The notes: generated by a model not told the origin, from the letters alone. DNA of 64,000 nucleotides from Batkoa obscura (GCA_030770535.1 JASVEC010000001.1:1736001-1800000); one strand, 5' to 3'. Shown: positions 48,670-64,000, numbered from the stretch's first letter. Program-made: numbers and translations.

Positions 48670-49029
48670 AATTAAACTAATAGATTTTAAAATGTTTTAT
48701 ATTTGAGATTTATTTTTTCAATTTGTTGTTATTGATGTATAATGGGTTTTTAATTGGAATTTGAGAGATTTTTTATTCATATTATTTTTAAACATAATGC
48801 TATTTAATAATATTTTGAAAATTAATTATTTTAAAGCTATTCCAACTATTATTTAATATCTGAATATGAATATCGCTCTTTATTATCAATTACATCTTAT
48901 TTTAAATTAGTATGTTAAATCTAATAACTTCAGTTTATTATTTTTTTGAAACACTTATAACATGATAGTTTTATTCTTATTTATATCAAAACAATTAAAA
49001 ATGGATAACATTTAAAACAATCAACATAT

Positions 49030-49116
49030 GGGGGTGTTTTTTTGGCTTCATCACTTTTTTCTATCTTTTAAGCGCTATTTAAATGGAAAAAGTGATGAAA
49101 CCAAAAAAACACCTCC
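49030..49116. mobile_element. MITE family 1, symmetric variant with two left ends
   Basis: ATAT-GGGGGTGTTTTTTGGCTTCATCAC...GTGATGAAACCAAAAAAACACCTCC-ATAT. Confidence 0.85.
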
Positions 49117-49249
49117 ATATGTCGACTCAAAGATAGCTATCTTATGAGATAAAAAACTTGAAATTTAACAATCTAACAAGCCAAAAAAAAAATTTAATGA
49201 ACTTAAAGTTTTAATAACAGCAATAAAATTATGGTCTAAGAACCACCAT

Positions 49250-50385
49250 TTAAGCTCTATTAAAAGTACGACCACTATATTAAAAAAAAGATTAGCAAAC
49301 CAACAAACAAATTATAACATATCAACTTACCTAGCAGTTTTTCTTTCATTTTTTTGTTTATCAGGAACAGAACGATTCAATACCTTTAAAAAGTCACTGA
49401 CTTTAGCACGCATACGAGAATGCATATAAGCTTTAGAACATTTAATATGATAATGTAAATAATCTCTAAAAGTTTGTATAATATTGATACTCTTTTCACG
49501 TGTTTCTAGATCTTTACTATGACGTTCATTGAAAACTAAAGATAAATAAAAAATAATCGATTATAAAAAAAAGTTGAAAACGAGTTGAAATAAAACTTAC
49601 CAAAAGTGACATAACCCACATTATCTTGAGGGACAACTCCTTGAATATCACGGATTTCCAACGGTGGTTCACGACTTGAATAAAGTACTTGAGGAGCATT
49701 TTGAACAGTGGGGTCACGCCTAGCGTCCACAAATTCTTGTAAAAAAACTTTGGCAAAGATTTGATCCATTTCTTCTTTAAAATAAGTTGAAAAGATAACA
49801 GTAACACGATCTCCCAGAGCTTGAATAAAAATCTTTTCTTCTTCACGATAATTGATTAACATTGGTGAACCACTATTGCCTCGAAGTTGATCTTGAAATG
49901 CTTTGTCAAATGGGGCTGAGAAACAGTAAGCTTTTAATTTGCCTACTTCTTTTATTAAGGATTCTATAGTGGAGGAGAGATTAATAACAGTATACTAAAC
50001 ATAACCATAAAGAAATAAAATTTACCTTTATCTTCAGGTAAGTTATTTAAGTCAAATTTTAAAGTGAAATCATAACTTGGCTCAGGTGGATTTTGAATAT
50101 AATTTTGATATTTTTCATTTAATAGCTCTTCAGCACCATAAGAACTTAATTCTTTAAAACAAGACCAACTTAAAGATACTAATACAACATCTTTATTTTC
50201 TTCATCAGTAGAGATATGAAATTTGACTTTATCAAAGTCAACTAATTGAATATTAAAAGCTTCTCTTTTTTCACTGAAATAAAAGAGTTAGTTATAGGTT
50301 CTAAAAAGAATAATTTATGTTACGCTTCAAATCTTCTTCGGAGTGTATCTTCTAATAAGGTATTATGGGTTTCTAATAATATCAT
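49250..50385 (-). CDS. ARPC2: Arp2/3 complex subunit 2 (p34-Arc), multi-exon
   Basis: [62 protein letters not shown]. Confidence 0.96.
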
Positions 50386-50499
50386 TTTTTTTTCTTTTGA
50401 AGTTAATAAAAATAATGAATTTTTATTTTTTTTTCTTGGATGGCTTATGATGATATCAAATTCAATTTGATAGTAACCAATCACAGTTGATATTTTATT

Positions 50500-51100
50500 T
50501 TAGCTAAATTTTTCATATCAAATAATGTAAAAAGAACAAATTTGAAAAAACAAGTCCAAGAAAATCAAAAATAAATTAGACGTTTAAAATTCAATTCGCT
50601 TATACACCTATCTTTATTATTATAGTAGGTTGATTGTGTTGATAATCCATATTGAAAAATAATATTTATATTGTTATATTTATCATTCATAGAACATTGA
50701 GGATCAGATTGGATAAAGCAGAGGGACCATAATATAACTTAACACAAGAGGAATATGATAGATATGCGTTATTAGCAAAAGATAAAAAAGTAGTTTAACA
50801 AAGTAAATTCGATTTGATTGATGTATTATTAAATATAGAAGCTTGAAGATAAAATAAACAAGTGAAACTTGAACATATTATTGGGATTTTAAACATTGGG
50901 TCTTGTACAAATGGTGAAAGAATATTTTGTGATGAGGAAGTGGAAGAACAATTTTGGTTGAGAATTAATGAGCTATTTTGAAAAAAACACCAGTTAAAAG
51001 GTTAGTTATAAGTTTATACCTATTTGTTTTTTTACCGACATATTCTCCTATTCTTAAGCTTATCCAACTTTTTTTCGAATATGAAGAAACTGTTTGGGCA
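50500..51100 (+). pseudogene. Possible decayed intron-containing gene
   Basis: Exon-like blocks bounded by AG/GT (TLRIRLDKAEGP*YNLTQEEYDRYALLAKDKK; ..CTNGERIFCDEEVEEQFWLRINELF*) with in-frame stops. Confidence 0.3.
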
Positions 51101-51181
51101 ATTAATCTTCGTTTTAAAGACTTTTAATAAAAAATAAAAAAAAGTTTTTTGCTTTTTAATAAATTTTACTAATTTACAAAA

Positions 51182-52419
51182 ATGAATTATGATACTACAC
51201 AACATGAGAATTATGATATATCCTGGTCTATAAATGATGATTTAATTAGAGGTACATTAGACTTAAAACGGAATAATATTAATATATTATTAACTAAATA
51301 AATTATATTGTTTACTTAATATTAATGACTAAAATAAAGAAAACTAGGTCAAAACTACCAAGAAAGCTATTATATACCCGAAAACAACAATGGCAATTAT
51401 TTAACTTATGCACAAATATCATCAACGAATGTACCAATATCAGAACATCAACAACCTAAACAAAATTTAAGAGAGGTAAAATAGAAAGAAATAGAATTTA
51501 TTATAATAATCAAGGTCATAATTTAAAATAAAATAAGATTTGTACCTTTTTCTTAAAGGGTTCCTGTCGATATGGTAAATTTTGTCGAAATGCTCATCCG
51601 GAAGTATGTAATTCATGTCATAATTACATATTACACCCTGATAAACCAGATGCTGAACATACAGGTAGAAAGTCGTTATATAAATATTTATGTTATTAGT
51701 CATATTTAATCTTTTATTTTATTATTGTTATTTTAGAACATATAAAAAATTGTACACCAATTAAAACTTTTGATGAAAGTAAAAATATAGAATGCTGTAT
51801 TTGTATGGAAAAAGTATTATCAACTAAATGTGGTAGGTTCGGTTTATTAAGTAGGTTTTCATTTATATTGTTAGTTATGTTTTTAAGTTTTAATTTTCAT
51901 TTATTTATTATATTTAGATTGCGAACATCCATTTTGTTTATCTTGTATAAGACAATGGAGAACCAATACAATATTAGATAATAATGTTATCAGATCATGT
52001 CCTATATGGTAAAAAATCAACATTTCAGTTATTTATATGAAATATATTTAATTCTTTTATTAAGTCGAGATATTACATATTTTATAACCCCTTCATTAAT
52101 TTGGGTAGCTGATAAAGAAGAAAAAGAAAAAATTATCGATGCTTATAAATCAAAATTAAAGTAAATTAATAATACATCAAATTATATTAAATTCAAATTT
52201 ATTAATATATTACTTTTTATTCTAAATAGACAAATCCCGTGTCGTTATTTTGATTCAGGGCGAGGGGAATGTCCATTTGGTTCCTCATGTTTTTATATTC
52301 ATCAATATCCAGATGGCAGTTATCAGGAATTAGAGATTAGAAAAGCTAAAAATTCAGAAGAAGAAACCTTAATTTTAAATCAACCAAAATTGAATCAATT
52401 TTTAAATCATATATTTTAA
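51182..52419 (+). CDS. MKRN1: Makorin-family CCCH/RING E3 ubiquitin ligase (multi-exon)
   Basis: [71 protein letters not shown]; start codon tentative. Confidence 0.9.
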
Positions 52420-52609
52420 TAGATTGGTAGATAGCTGGGAAGAGTTTTTTTTGGATATGCATAAATTTTTAAGTATATAAACTATAATTATTAAAAGAAA
52501 ATGATATTAATATTAGTTTATATTTATTCTATTTTTTTATTTTTTATTATCAATGTTATCATTAGTTATCTACTAGCATTGTCAATACATTTATACTATT
52601 TATTCTATC

Positions 52610-53393
52610 CTATTCCATCATTTCTACTTCTTGTACTTTTGAAATTTCTGAAGTTTCTTTGGTTTCTTGTACTTTTGTATTTCCTGGTTTAATATTTAAT
52701 TTTTTAATACTAGTTATTGAATTCCAATCCCCATCCCATTCCCTACAAAAATATATATTATCAATAAAAAATAGTTACACTATGTAATAGTTAACTTACT
52801 TTAAAGTTTGAACATTATTTTTATTTGTAAGGTCAGGGATTTCTATATAATTAAAAATATAATTAAAAATATAATTAAAAATATAATTAATAATTTGATT
52901 CTTATTGTTATAAATTTACTTACCAAGCCCATTTTTTACATATTCTTCACGATCTTTTAATTGTTTTAACTTTATTATATCTTCTTTAAAACTTTTGCCT
53001 TTTTTAAATTCTAAATCGGAATCTTCTCGATTTAAATATCTAATTATATAAATTTAAACTCAAATAATATTATAATGATAATAAGCCTACTCTTCAATTA
53101 ACTCTCTAATTTCAACTAATGTCAATACTTTTTTATCTTCATCCATGGCATATTTGAACCATAAATATTTATCAGCGACTAAAAAAAATTACCTTCATTA
53201 ACACCTCGTTTATCTCAATAATAGTAAAACACTTACTAGCTGCTTGCCAACCTTTTAAAACTTTAGTTTTTTTACCATCTAATTTATCCATACGATTAAC
53301 AGCTCTAGCTAATTGCTTTGCTTTTCTAGAATATGGATGACATCCCTCTTTCTTTTTAATATCTTTAACATTCAATTTTTTATTGTTAGGCAT
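52610..53393 (-). CDS. TMA16: Translation machinery-associated protein 16 (multi-exon)
   Basis: HPYSRKAKQLARA..R, YLNRED, EYVKNGL..PDL, WDGDW. Confidence 0.88.
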
Positions 53394-53845
53394 CTTTTAA
53401 AACTCGGGTTTTGGTTGAAATTAATTTTTTGTTTTTTTTCGAAATAATCTTTTAGTCTTTTTTTGGAGTGGTTTAAATTTAATGAACCAATCATTTTGGT
53501 TATATTTTTACTTTCTTTTTTATTTGAATTTTTATTTTGAATCTTTTATAATCAATACAACTAATGAATAAATAAGATAATTAAAGACTATATTAATATA
53601 ACAAAAATACTCGTAACATTGGAATCACAAATATAAATTAACTGAATTGTTTTATTTTACAAAGGCAGTAATAACAATTAATAAACGGATAAATAAAATT
53701 AGAGGAAAAATTATCACTTTTTGTTCATAGGGAAGAAACATCGGCAATAAAATAAAAGCATCAACATTGATAAATTAAATAGTCTTCTTTTTTTAAGGCA
53801 ACATCATTTCAAAATAAGTATAGATTATAGAAACTATCTTATTCC

Positions 53846-55496
53846 TTATTTATGAAACACTTTAATAAAGGATTCAGATAATTTTCTTAAATGTTTCCTT
53901 ATACGATCCTAAATAAAATAATTAATTATTTGATTACTAAAAGAATAGAATTAAAATTTACCTTAAGTGTAACTGCCCTTTTAACTTCTTCTTCAGTAAC
54001 TTCAATATTAGGGTATTGACTTGGATCCCCGTCTTTAGTATATTGTTCCACATCATCTAAATCTTTAATAATCCAAGGATGAAGTTTAGCTTGCTCTAAA
54101 GATAATCGTTTACTTGGATCTTTTTCTAATAGTTTAATTATAAGATTTTCTAATTCAGGATCAGATGGTATATCTTTTGGAAATTCCAATGGCTTAACTG
54201 GTATAATTTCAAATAATTCATATTCCGATTCTGCCATAAAAGGAGGTTTACCATAAGCCATACAATAGAGGGTAATGCCTAAAGCCCATATATCAATGGC
54301 CGAAGTGATTCGTGGACGTGGACAATTTTCTTCACCAGACCAACATAATTCTGGGGCAAAAAAAGCAGGTGATCCAGCTGTTTTAGCTAATTCTAAATCA
54401 TCTTCATCAATTGAATTTCGATTCATTAAACTCATGGATGGAAAATGTTGAAGTTCACTTAATGGTGAGGCTGATAACACGGAGCTTTCTTCCATTGAAC
54501 TAGTAGTTGAGCTTGGTCGTTCAGAGGCAAGACTAAATGTTAGGGATGGTTGACGACGACAAAAAGAAACACCAAAATCAGATATTTTTATTGTTCCGTC
54601 TGATGACCATAATAGATTAGCTGGTTTAATATCCCTATGAATAATACCTTGATTATGAAGATATTGTAAACCAGAAATAACACCACGCATAATATGACGT
54701 ATGGTATCTTTATCTAATATTGGTATATCCGAATCCTTTTCATGGAAATGGACTTCTCCACCATCCATATATTCTAATACCATGTATATCTTTTTAGAAG
54801 TTGGATCATCGATTACTTCTTTTAATCCAACTACATTTGGGTGATCACATTTTTTTAAGATAGCTATTTCTTTATGAACTTTAGCTAATTGTGTTGAAAT
54901 TATAGATCGACTTCCTAACCTACGTCGAGTGTTTTTTTGTACTATTTTAATAGCCTAAAAAATTAAACATTTAATAAAACAAACACCACAAAATAATAAC
55001 TTACCACCAACTCTTGAGTCCTTGTATCTCTGCCTAACTTTACTTTACCATGACAGCCACGACCTAACTCTCTTAATATTTCATAATGGTTTAACATCTT
55101 ATTACCAGTGACTGGATCATAATCTACTTTCATTGTGTTTGTTTCCCTAATAGGGGTAGGAGGGGAATTAGAAGGTGAATTTTTTGTTGGTGAATTTGAA
55201 CTATAAGAAGTGGATTGAGTAACATTTTTACCTGGAACGGCTAATGGTTTTGATTCTTGAATTGAGCCATCAATAGGCGAAAGAAACTGTGGTGAAGCTG
55301 ATAAATAATTTCGATTTTCTAATGTTGATATTTTGATACTTGATGGACTTAAACTTTCTTGAATATTATATGGATCTTCAAAACTACCTTTCCATGAACC
55401 TTCATTTTCTTGAACAAAGTGAGTATTTAAATATAAGCCTTTTTCACTACGTCCCATCGAATTTGTTGAAAGTATCTCCTTGGTCTGCATTAGCAT
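53846..55496 (-). CDS. CaMKK/Sak1/Ssp1-like Ser/Thr kinase (3 exons)
   Basis: ELGRGCHGKVKLG, EIAILKKCDHPNVV, HRDIKPANLL, KISDFGVS, ELAKTAGSPAFFAPELC. Confidence 0.92.
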
Positions 55497-56814
55497 ACTT
55501 TATTGACAATGATTATTTATTTAGAATGCAACAATAAGGATAGCAATTTTAATGTTTTTAATAAATTACTATAAACTACAAATTAGTTAAAGAAACAGTT
55601 TAAGGGCTGATTTTGAATTTATTTCTACTTAAGAAAGTTTAGTTTAAAAGCGTTAAATTGGAGAGAATACCATTTGATATTTAGTTCTTTTGACATGTTT
55701 AAATGTTTTCTTGGTTAATTTAACTTTGGATTCACCCATTTCTAGAACCTATGAAGAATGAGCTATAGACTACAATATGATTTCATTTGTACTCCTTATT
55801 AGCTTTGCAAGGTTCCAGATAATTGAATATTTATGGAATTGTGCTGTTTAGAAGTCAGGTGCTTAAGCCTTAATTATTGTTATAAAATAACAAATTATGA
55901 GGGAATATATTGGTCATGATATTAAATTGATTGGTTAGGATTATCAATTTTAACATCTTTATCATTTGATTAGTAAATATACCCAAGCCTAAATTTTATT
56001 AATTTGGTAATAAATCATACAAATTCATTATTACAAAACCTATGACATCTCCTTATGTAATTTAAAGCGAGTTAATGAAATATTCAAGTTCAAATATACT
56101 TTAAATAGTGATGAATTTTAGAATTTAGTTCAAAGCTATCAGGCTGATTCAATTTAGTATTTGAATTTTTGCTCTAAAATAAATAGTTGTAAATTTATAA
56201 ATGAACTTTAACAACCATAATCCTAATTTATTAATTGACTTTTTCAATTTTTCATCATTTACTTTTTAATGGCTTGACCAATTTTATAACTTAAAGAAAG
56301 GGTTTATTATTGGTGCAATTTTAATAATTCTTCCAAATTTCATTAATGAAAATTATTTATGAAAGTTAATGCAGAATTGCTTATTTTTAATAAATTTAAT
56401 AAATCGCTTTTTATGACATTTGAGTTTTTTTAAAAAGCTTCTAAAATTAAATCATTAACAAAAATATAGTTAATATTACTATAAATAGTATCGACAGTGT
56501 TGCAATATTAATTTTACTTAATAATTTCATTAGATAGTCTTATTTTTCCATAATATATATTGGGACAATAGGTACATAATGTAGCTTGTATAAAAATACC
56601 ATTAAAAGTGTTTTATGTTATTAAAGAATAATATTTAACGTATAAGAATATTTTCCTTGGTTTCACTTTGCCAATTTTTTATTCAGTAAAAATAAGTTTA
56701 CTATGAATTTTTGAAACAGAAAATGGCGTTCCCACGCTTGTTATGACTTGATAATTAATAATCAAAAAATAAAAATTTGAATTATTAATGTAATAAGATA
56801 AATAACTTTTATAT

Positions 56815-56909
56815 AGGAGTATTTTCTTTCCATCGCTTTTTCCATTTCTTAAGCGCTATTTAAGTGGAAAAGCTATTAGTAAAATTCTTAAACAAAAGAA
56901 TACATCACT
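56815..56909 (+). mobile_element. MITE family 1 (diverged)
   Basis: ATAT-AGGAGTATTTT...TAAGCGCTATTTAAGTGGAAA...TACATCACT-ATAT. Confidence 0.8.
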
Positions 56910-57241
56910 ATATATTAGCTATAATAATAACAAATCAATTTTTATATCAACTAAATACATATAGTTGAATAACGATAACATAGGTAATGGAGATGAATAA
57001 AATTTAAGTTTTAAATAAAAAATTAAAATTAATTCTTTTTAGCTGTTTTATAAACACTATTCATATTAAGTTATTTTATACAACTATTCTAAATATCTTG
57101 AAATAATAATATATTTTATGGGTAAATAAATACTAAAATTTTGTTTTCTAACTTTGCTTTCTAACTTTATTTAATACTTACTAATATGCAATTAAAAGTT
57201 TATTTTTATTTAAAAAGCACTTCTATTTTATGAGGATCTTT

Positions 57242-58858
57242 TCAATTACTTTGAATCCAGGGCTCTATTTGATAACTATAAGCAGGAGCAGGGTTAAGGT
57301 AAAGAATTAAAGGATATATATATTTATCAATATTACTACCATAGCAAGCTACAACTCCTAACTCATAATTATTTGTTCTAATCATTTTTTCAGCTTGATG
57401 CTCTTCTTCATCCTCATCATATCCGCATTTTTCTCAATATTCACCCTTATATGGAGTTGTACTCCCCTTAAATAAATATTAATTTTAAACAAAGTGTGTT
57501 ATTTTAAATTTATCATGCCGCTTTTGAAAAATCATGACTTCTGCAATAAAACTACGAACCGGTATCATATTATCTATTTATTGCTTTAATATTTGACTCA
57601 TTTTTTTCTATTTTAATGTTTGATTCATTTTTTTCTGGTTTTATCGTATTCGATTTATCTATGTTCGATCTATTTTACTAAATTTCCTAAAGCGGGCGTC
57701 TTTATATAAATAATTAGACTAAAAGTATTTTTAGTTATTACCTGATATATATCTCCATCAATAATTGAATCTGGATCAAAATACTTATGCATCTTATTTG
57801 CAAGGGATTTGTATCCTTGACTCGATTTCCTTGGAAATGGACAAGGGGTGACCAAAGCTACCTATTGAATAGTTATAGTTTATTTTTAAAATGTAATTTA
57901 CTTTGACTAAAGAAAAATCGCATCTATCGAGAGTACTATAAACGCTTCTCGGGACATCAAGTATCTCTGAAAACCCCTTTAAGTATCTAAAAAAAGATCT
58001 ACTCAAATTATGAACTTCGTCATTTGTCTCGTCTTTAATATCAAAATTCTTGTTATCTGACTCATCTTTCACATCATGGTTCTCGCTGTCTGACTCATCA
58101 TTTGCTTCACAGTTCTCGTTGTTTAAATCAACATTTATTTCAAATTTTGTATCGTTATCCACCATATTTAATTTTGTAAAATCTTGAATAAGGGTAGTCT
58201 AAATAATTGGCAAATGATATTTTAGTTTAAAACAAACTTACATTTTCTATTGATTTCCAATCAAAATCAATATTATTTATTGTTAATTATTAAACCTAAA
58301 TAACTAAATTAAATGCTAAGTTAACGGGTCCTATAACAACTCTTAAAAAAGTAGGATAAAATAACAACATAAGTTTAATATGCATAAAACCATAGTATAT
58401 CCTGGGGGTAGCTATGAATATGCTTTCGTCTACTTTGACAGCTTTGGCCCAAAACGTTAATTTAAAACTCAAATTAAAAAACTTTAGTTAGATCTGAGTT
58501 TTGTTCATGTACAATAAACATTTTCGAACAATCTTTAGGCAGTTTACTCAGTAATCAATTCTTATCTATATCATAACTTGTAAATAACCCTTTTCGAAGA
58601 TGGTTCTATTACCTAAAATAAAAATAAAGATTGCTATTTTAATCATTTATTTACTTTGTTCAATAAATCTTCAAATTTAACTCTGTCATCGTTATACTTT
58701 AAGTATGTTGCTGAAAATTTTCTATCCATATAACTAACCTGGTAGGTAGACTGAGTTTCCTCTACTGATTTATTATCGTTACTTATCTCTATGGTATCTT
58801 TATGAAAATCTATATTTTTATTTCTTTTATACTACCATTAAATACTTTTTTCACTCAT
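57242..58858 (-). pseudogene. TDP1: Tyrosyl-DNA phosphodiesterase 1-like pseudogene, copy 2 (internal deletion)
   Basis: MHIKLMLLFYPTFLRVVIGPVNL, *FYCRSHDFSKAA, NYELGVV, EPWI; early stops; lacks the segment with the second HxK. Confidence 0.85.
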
Positions 58859-59059
58859 TTCGAAAATAAAAATTAGTAAAATGAATTGATGTTTACAATA
58901 ATTCGAGTTTTTATAATAAATTCAAAAATTGCTTAAAAATGAAGTAATTATTGGATGTAAAATCATGCCTATATGAGCGTTATTTAAGCAGTTATATAAG
59001 TATAATAAATTGTTAGTTGAATTACGTTTGATTATTTTATTTTGATTCTATTTAATCTT

Positions 59060-60824
<1,765 letters not shown>

Positions 60825-61025
60825 GTTAAAACACTTTATACTGTGTAAAATCAATTTTTCAATTTTGGCTAAATTTTAAAATCTCATATCAACATAATCA
60901 CTACTGCTTTCAAATATAGCAACTTATTTAATTTAATTTAATTTTGAACTTTAATCTCGAGATTTAGCATGCATAAAACTCAAAAATAAGATTATTTCTT
61001 TTTATTTCTTTTTTACTTGATAGAG

Positions 61026-62994
61026 ATGAGTGATTCTAGATTTGAGGATTGTTCAGATGAAGAGAACTTCACTATAAAAGAAACGCAAAAAGAGATTAAA
61101 GAGGGTTTAAATCAGAATAATATAAATGAAAACGATGAATATTGGAATGAATCGGATGAAGTAGAGTTTGAAGACGATTATGACGACCAACTTAATCACC
61201 TTGACCAATGGAACGAAGCATCTGGAGGTAATAAAATAGAGCGTTTAAATTTATTGCATTATTAATAGTTGTTAGACTTTACCAAACAATATAATAAGAT
61301 AAAATCCAGATTAAATCAATTAGCTATAAGTTCACCAGCTAGTGGAACGTCTAAAGAAAAAGCTAAAGAAAAGGCTAAAGATAAAAAAGAACCAGTCAAA
61401 GAAGAAGCTGGAACGACTAATAAATCTAAAAATGTTTATTTAGATCAATTAGCTGCCCTTTCTAAGTTTTCTAATAAAATTAATTTAGGTAATTCAATAC
61501 AATATAATAATTTATTTGGTATTAATAATTTAGGCGCTATGTTCAATACTCAAACTACAGCCGTAGGTGATGGTGGAGGTAGTCGTAAAGCACAAGGTTA
61601 TAAACACGTCAATGTAGATAAAGCAGATAGGGCTACTACTGAACAAGTATTGGATCCCAGGACACGTATCATTCTATTCAAAATGTTAAATCGTAACTTA
61701 TTTACTGAGGTGAATGGGTGTATTAGTACAGGTAAAGAAGCCAATGTTTATCATGCAAGTGCGGAAGAAGGTGGTCATTTAGCTATAAAGATTTATAAGA
61801 CCAGTATCCTTACTTTCAAGGATCGTGATAAGTATGTTACTGGAGAATATCGTTTTAGAAATGGGTATTCAAAATCGAATCCACGTAAAATGGTAAAAGT
61901 TTGGGCTGAAAAAGAATTAAGAAATTTAAAACGTCTTCAACAAGCTAATATCCCATCCCCAAAGCCAATTCTTTTACGTATGCATGTTTTAGTCATGGAA
62001 TTTTTGGGAGATGATAAAGGATGGGCTTATCCAAGATTAAAGGATGCTAATATTAGTGCAGATCGTTTCCCTTCCCTTTACCTTCAGTTAGTTAAAATTA
62101 TGCGTAAGATGTATCATGTTTGTAAACTGGTGCACGCTGATTTATCAGAATATAACTTACTTTACCATCATAAAAAAATTTATGTAATTGATGTATCCCA
62201 AAGTGTTGAACAAGATCATCCACATGCATTTGAGTTTTTAAGATCGGATTGTACAAATATTACCGATTTTTTTAGAAAAAGAAATGTAGCTGTTATGACA
62301 GTTAAGGAGCTCTTTCAATGGGTTGTAGATCCTAATTTACCAGCCGAAGATGGACCAGAGTTAGATGAAATATTGGAAGGTATTTCAGCCAAAGTAGCTG
62401 GTAGAAGTTTAGAAGAAAGTAAAAAATTATTAAGTGAAGAAGAAGTGTTCAAACAAACCTATATCCCTCGTCATTTGGAAGAAGTTATCAACGTGGAAGG
62501 CGATTTGGATCGTATTGAAGCTGGTAAAGGGGATGAGCTTACTTATACCTCTCTTTTGAAGGGAGTTAATATATCTAACCCTATTAAAGAAATGCAAGAG
62601 CAATTACTCTCCAATAAAAAGGCACAGGGTTCCGATGAAAAGGCCAAAATATCAGATGAAGCTGAGTCTGAGGATGAAAAAGACGATGAAGATGACGATG
62701 AAGAAGAAGAAAGTATAGATAGTGATAAAGAAGGAGAAGACTCAGATGAAGACAGTGATGAGTGGGAAGAAAGGGAGAAAAATGTTGGTAAAGGAAAAAG
62801 ATACGAGGACCCAGAGCTTAAAAAAGTAATAACAATAATATTGATTAATAAATAAAAAATACTAAGTTTATTTATAGCAACGTAAAAAGGAAGCAAAGGA
62901 ACAAGCTAGAGAAAGTAGAAAAACAAAGATACCAAAAGCAGTTAAAAAGAGAAAAGAAAAATTAACTAGTACTAAGAAAGGTAAAAAGAAATAG
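61026..62994 (+). CDS. RIO1: RIO1 atypical protein kinase (3 exons)
   Basis: DRATTEQVLDPRTR, ISTGKEANVYHA, WAEKELRNL, LVHADLSEYN, IDVSQSVE; acidic then Lys-rich tail. Confidence 0.96.
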
Positions 62995-63291
62995 AGAGTT
63001 TATAGAGTTTAAAGATTATTATTAAAGAGCATTCAAATGTATCCTTTCATCTTACTTTTAAATAGCATATTTACACTTTCAAACTAGACTGTTTTTATCA
63101 TTTATTTTATATTTATTTAACGTTCTTTATTCTGTATTTAATGTTACTTTATATTTTAATAAAAATGTTAAAGTTTGTTTAAAATTTAAATATTCTTTTA
63201 TTTTACTACCAAAAAAGTAATTTTCTATAGTCGGATTTAAATCATTGAATAGATAGAGAAGGTTATTTACACTTCAAATAATAATTATGAT

Positions 63292-64000
63292 TTAAGAAAA
63301 GAGACGTTTTTCGTAATTGTGGAGACCATGGACCCCACCTTCAACCTGAGCAGCAGCAGTACGCTTTTCAAAACGTACTTTACCACTAAATACACCTTCT
63401 TGGAGAAGAGAAACTGAACGGACACCAATGTCTTGGAGACCGTGTTGGAGTCCAATGAATAAATAAGGTACAAATTTACGAATGGAACCCTTATCGACAA
63501 CTGAACCAGCTACACCTTGAGCAACTTTGATTGCATCAGATTCAGAGAAATAACGAGCTAATGAACCAGAATCTTGTTTAGCTTTATCACCTGATTTTTC
63601 CATAGCATCAATGGAGCCCATACCACGATATCTCTTGAGTCTTTTACCTTCGTGGTAAAAGTATTCTCCAGGAGACTCTAAGGTGCCTGCTAACAAACCA
63701 CCCATCATAACAGCTGAAGCACCAAGAGCTACGGCTTTAGTGATATGACCAACATTTTGGATACCACCATCAGCAATAACTGGAATACCGAATTGACGAG
63801 CAAATTGGGATACACGGTAAACGGCAGTTCCTTGAGGACGACCAACAGCCATGACTTCTTGAGTAATACAGATGGATCCAGAACCCATACCAACGCGGAG
63901 AGCATCGGCACCAGCAGCAATAAGCTCAGCAGCTTGTTCACGAGTAACTACGTTTCCAGCAATGACTTCTACTTTAGGATAAGTAGATTTAATGAATTTG
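63292..64000 (-). CDS. IMPDH: Inosine-5'-monophosphate dehydrogenase, 3' part (5' part outside window)
   Basis: [39 protein letters not shown]. Confidence 0.97.
   Translation of the reverse strand, partial: KFIKSTYPKVEVIAGNVVTREQAAELIAAGADALRVGMGSGSICITQEVMAVGRPQGTAVYRVSQFARQFGIPVIADGGIQNVGHITKAVALGASAVMMGGLLAGTLESPGEYFYHEGKRLKRYRGMGSIDAMEKSGDKAKQDSGSLARYFSESDAIKVAQGVAGSVVDKGSIRKFVPYLFIGLQHGLQDIGVRSVSLLQEGVFSGKVRFEKRTAAAQVEGGVHGLHNYEKRLFS

Overview
Very AT-rich eukaryotic nuclear DNA with many short GT-AG introns. The gene set (CTK3, Esa1, Rio1, Msy1, cactin, exportin-7) indicates a fungus; an early-diverging, Conidiobolus-like lineage is my inference only. Housekeeping genes: DUF1769 3' end, XPO7, FYV10/MAEA, cactin, CitE-like lyase, CTK3, TSPO, ESA1, mito S13, ARPC2, makorin, TMA16, a CaMKK/Sak1-like kinase, MSY1, RIO1 and partial IMPDH. 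RNA genes: four tRNAs and two U2 snRNAs. The first ~40 kb holds the accessory material. (1) Five genes of a secreted Cys/Trp-rich family I do not recognise, with 1-3 PPCW modules and predicted Kex2/Ste13-type processing; two are an identical inverted duplicate. (2) Two 46-51 aa secreted peptide precursors, absent from the ORF track, with a conserved leader and unrelated cationic C-termini. They sit in inverted peptide-U2 arms around a cytochrome P450. (3) An intact 2.87 kb DDD (Sola-like) transposon with 22-bp TIRs and ATAT TSD, 13 related ~100-bp MITEs and a second MITE family. (4) Duplicated sequences, including two Tdp1-like pseudogenes, decayed by C>T/G>A transitions in a RIP-like pattern. 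Nearly all dispersed duplications are inverted. All alignments and counts were done by eye, and exon boundaries are approximate.
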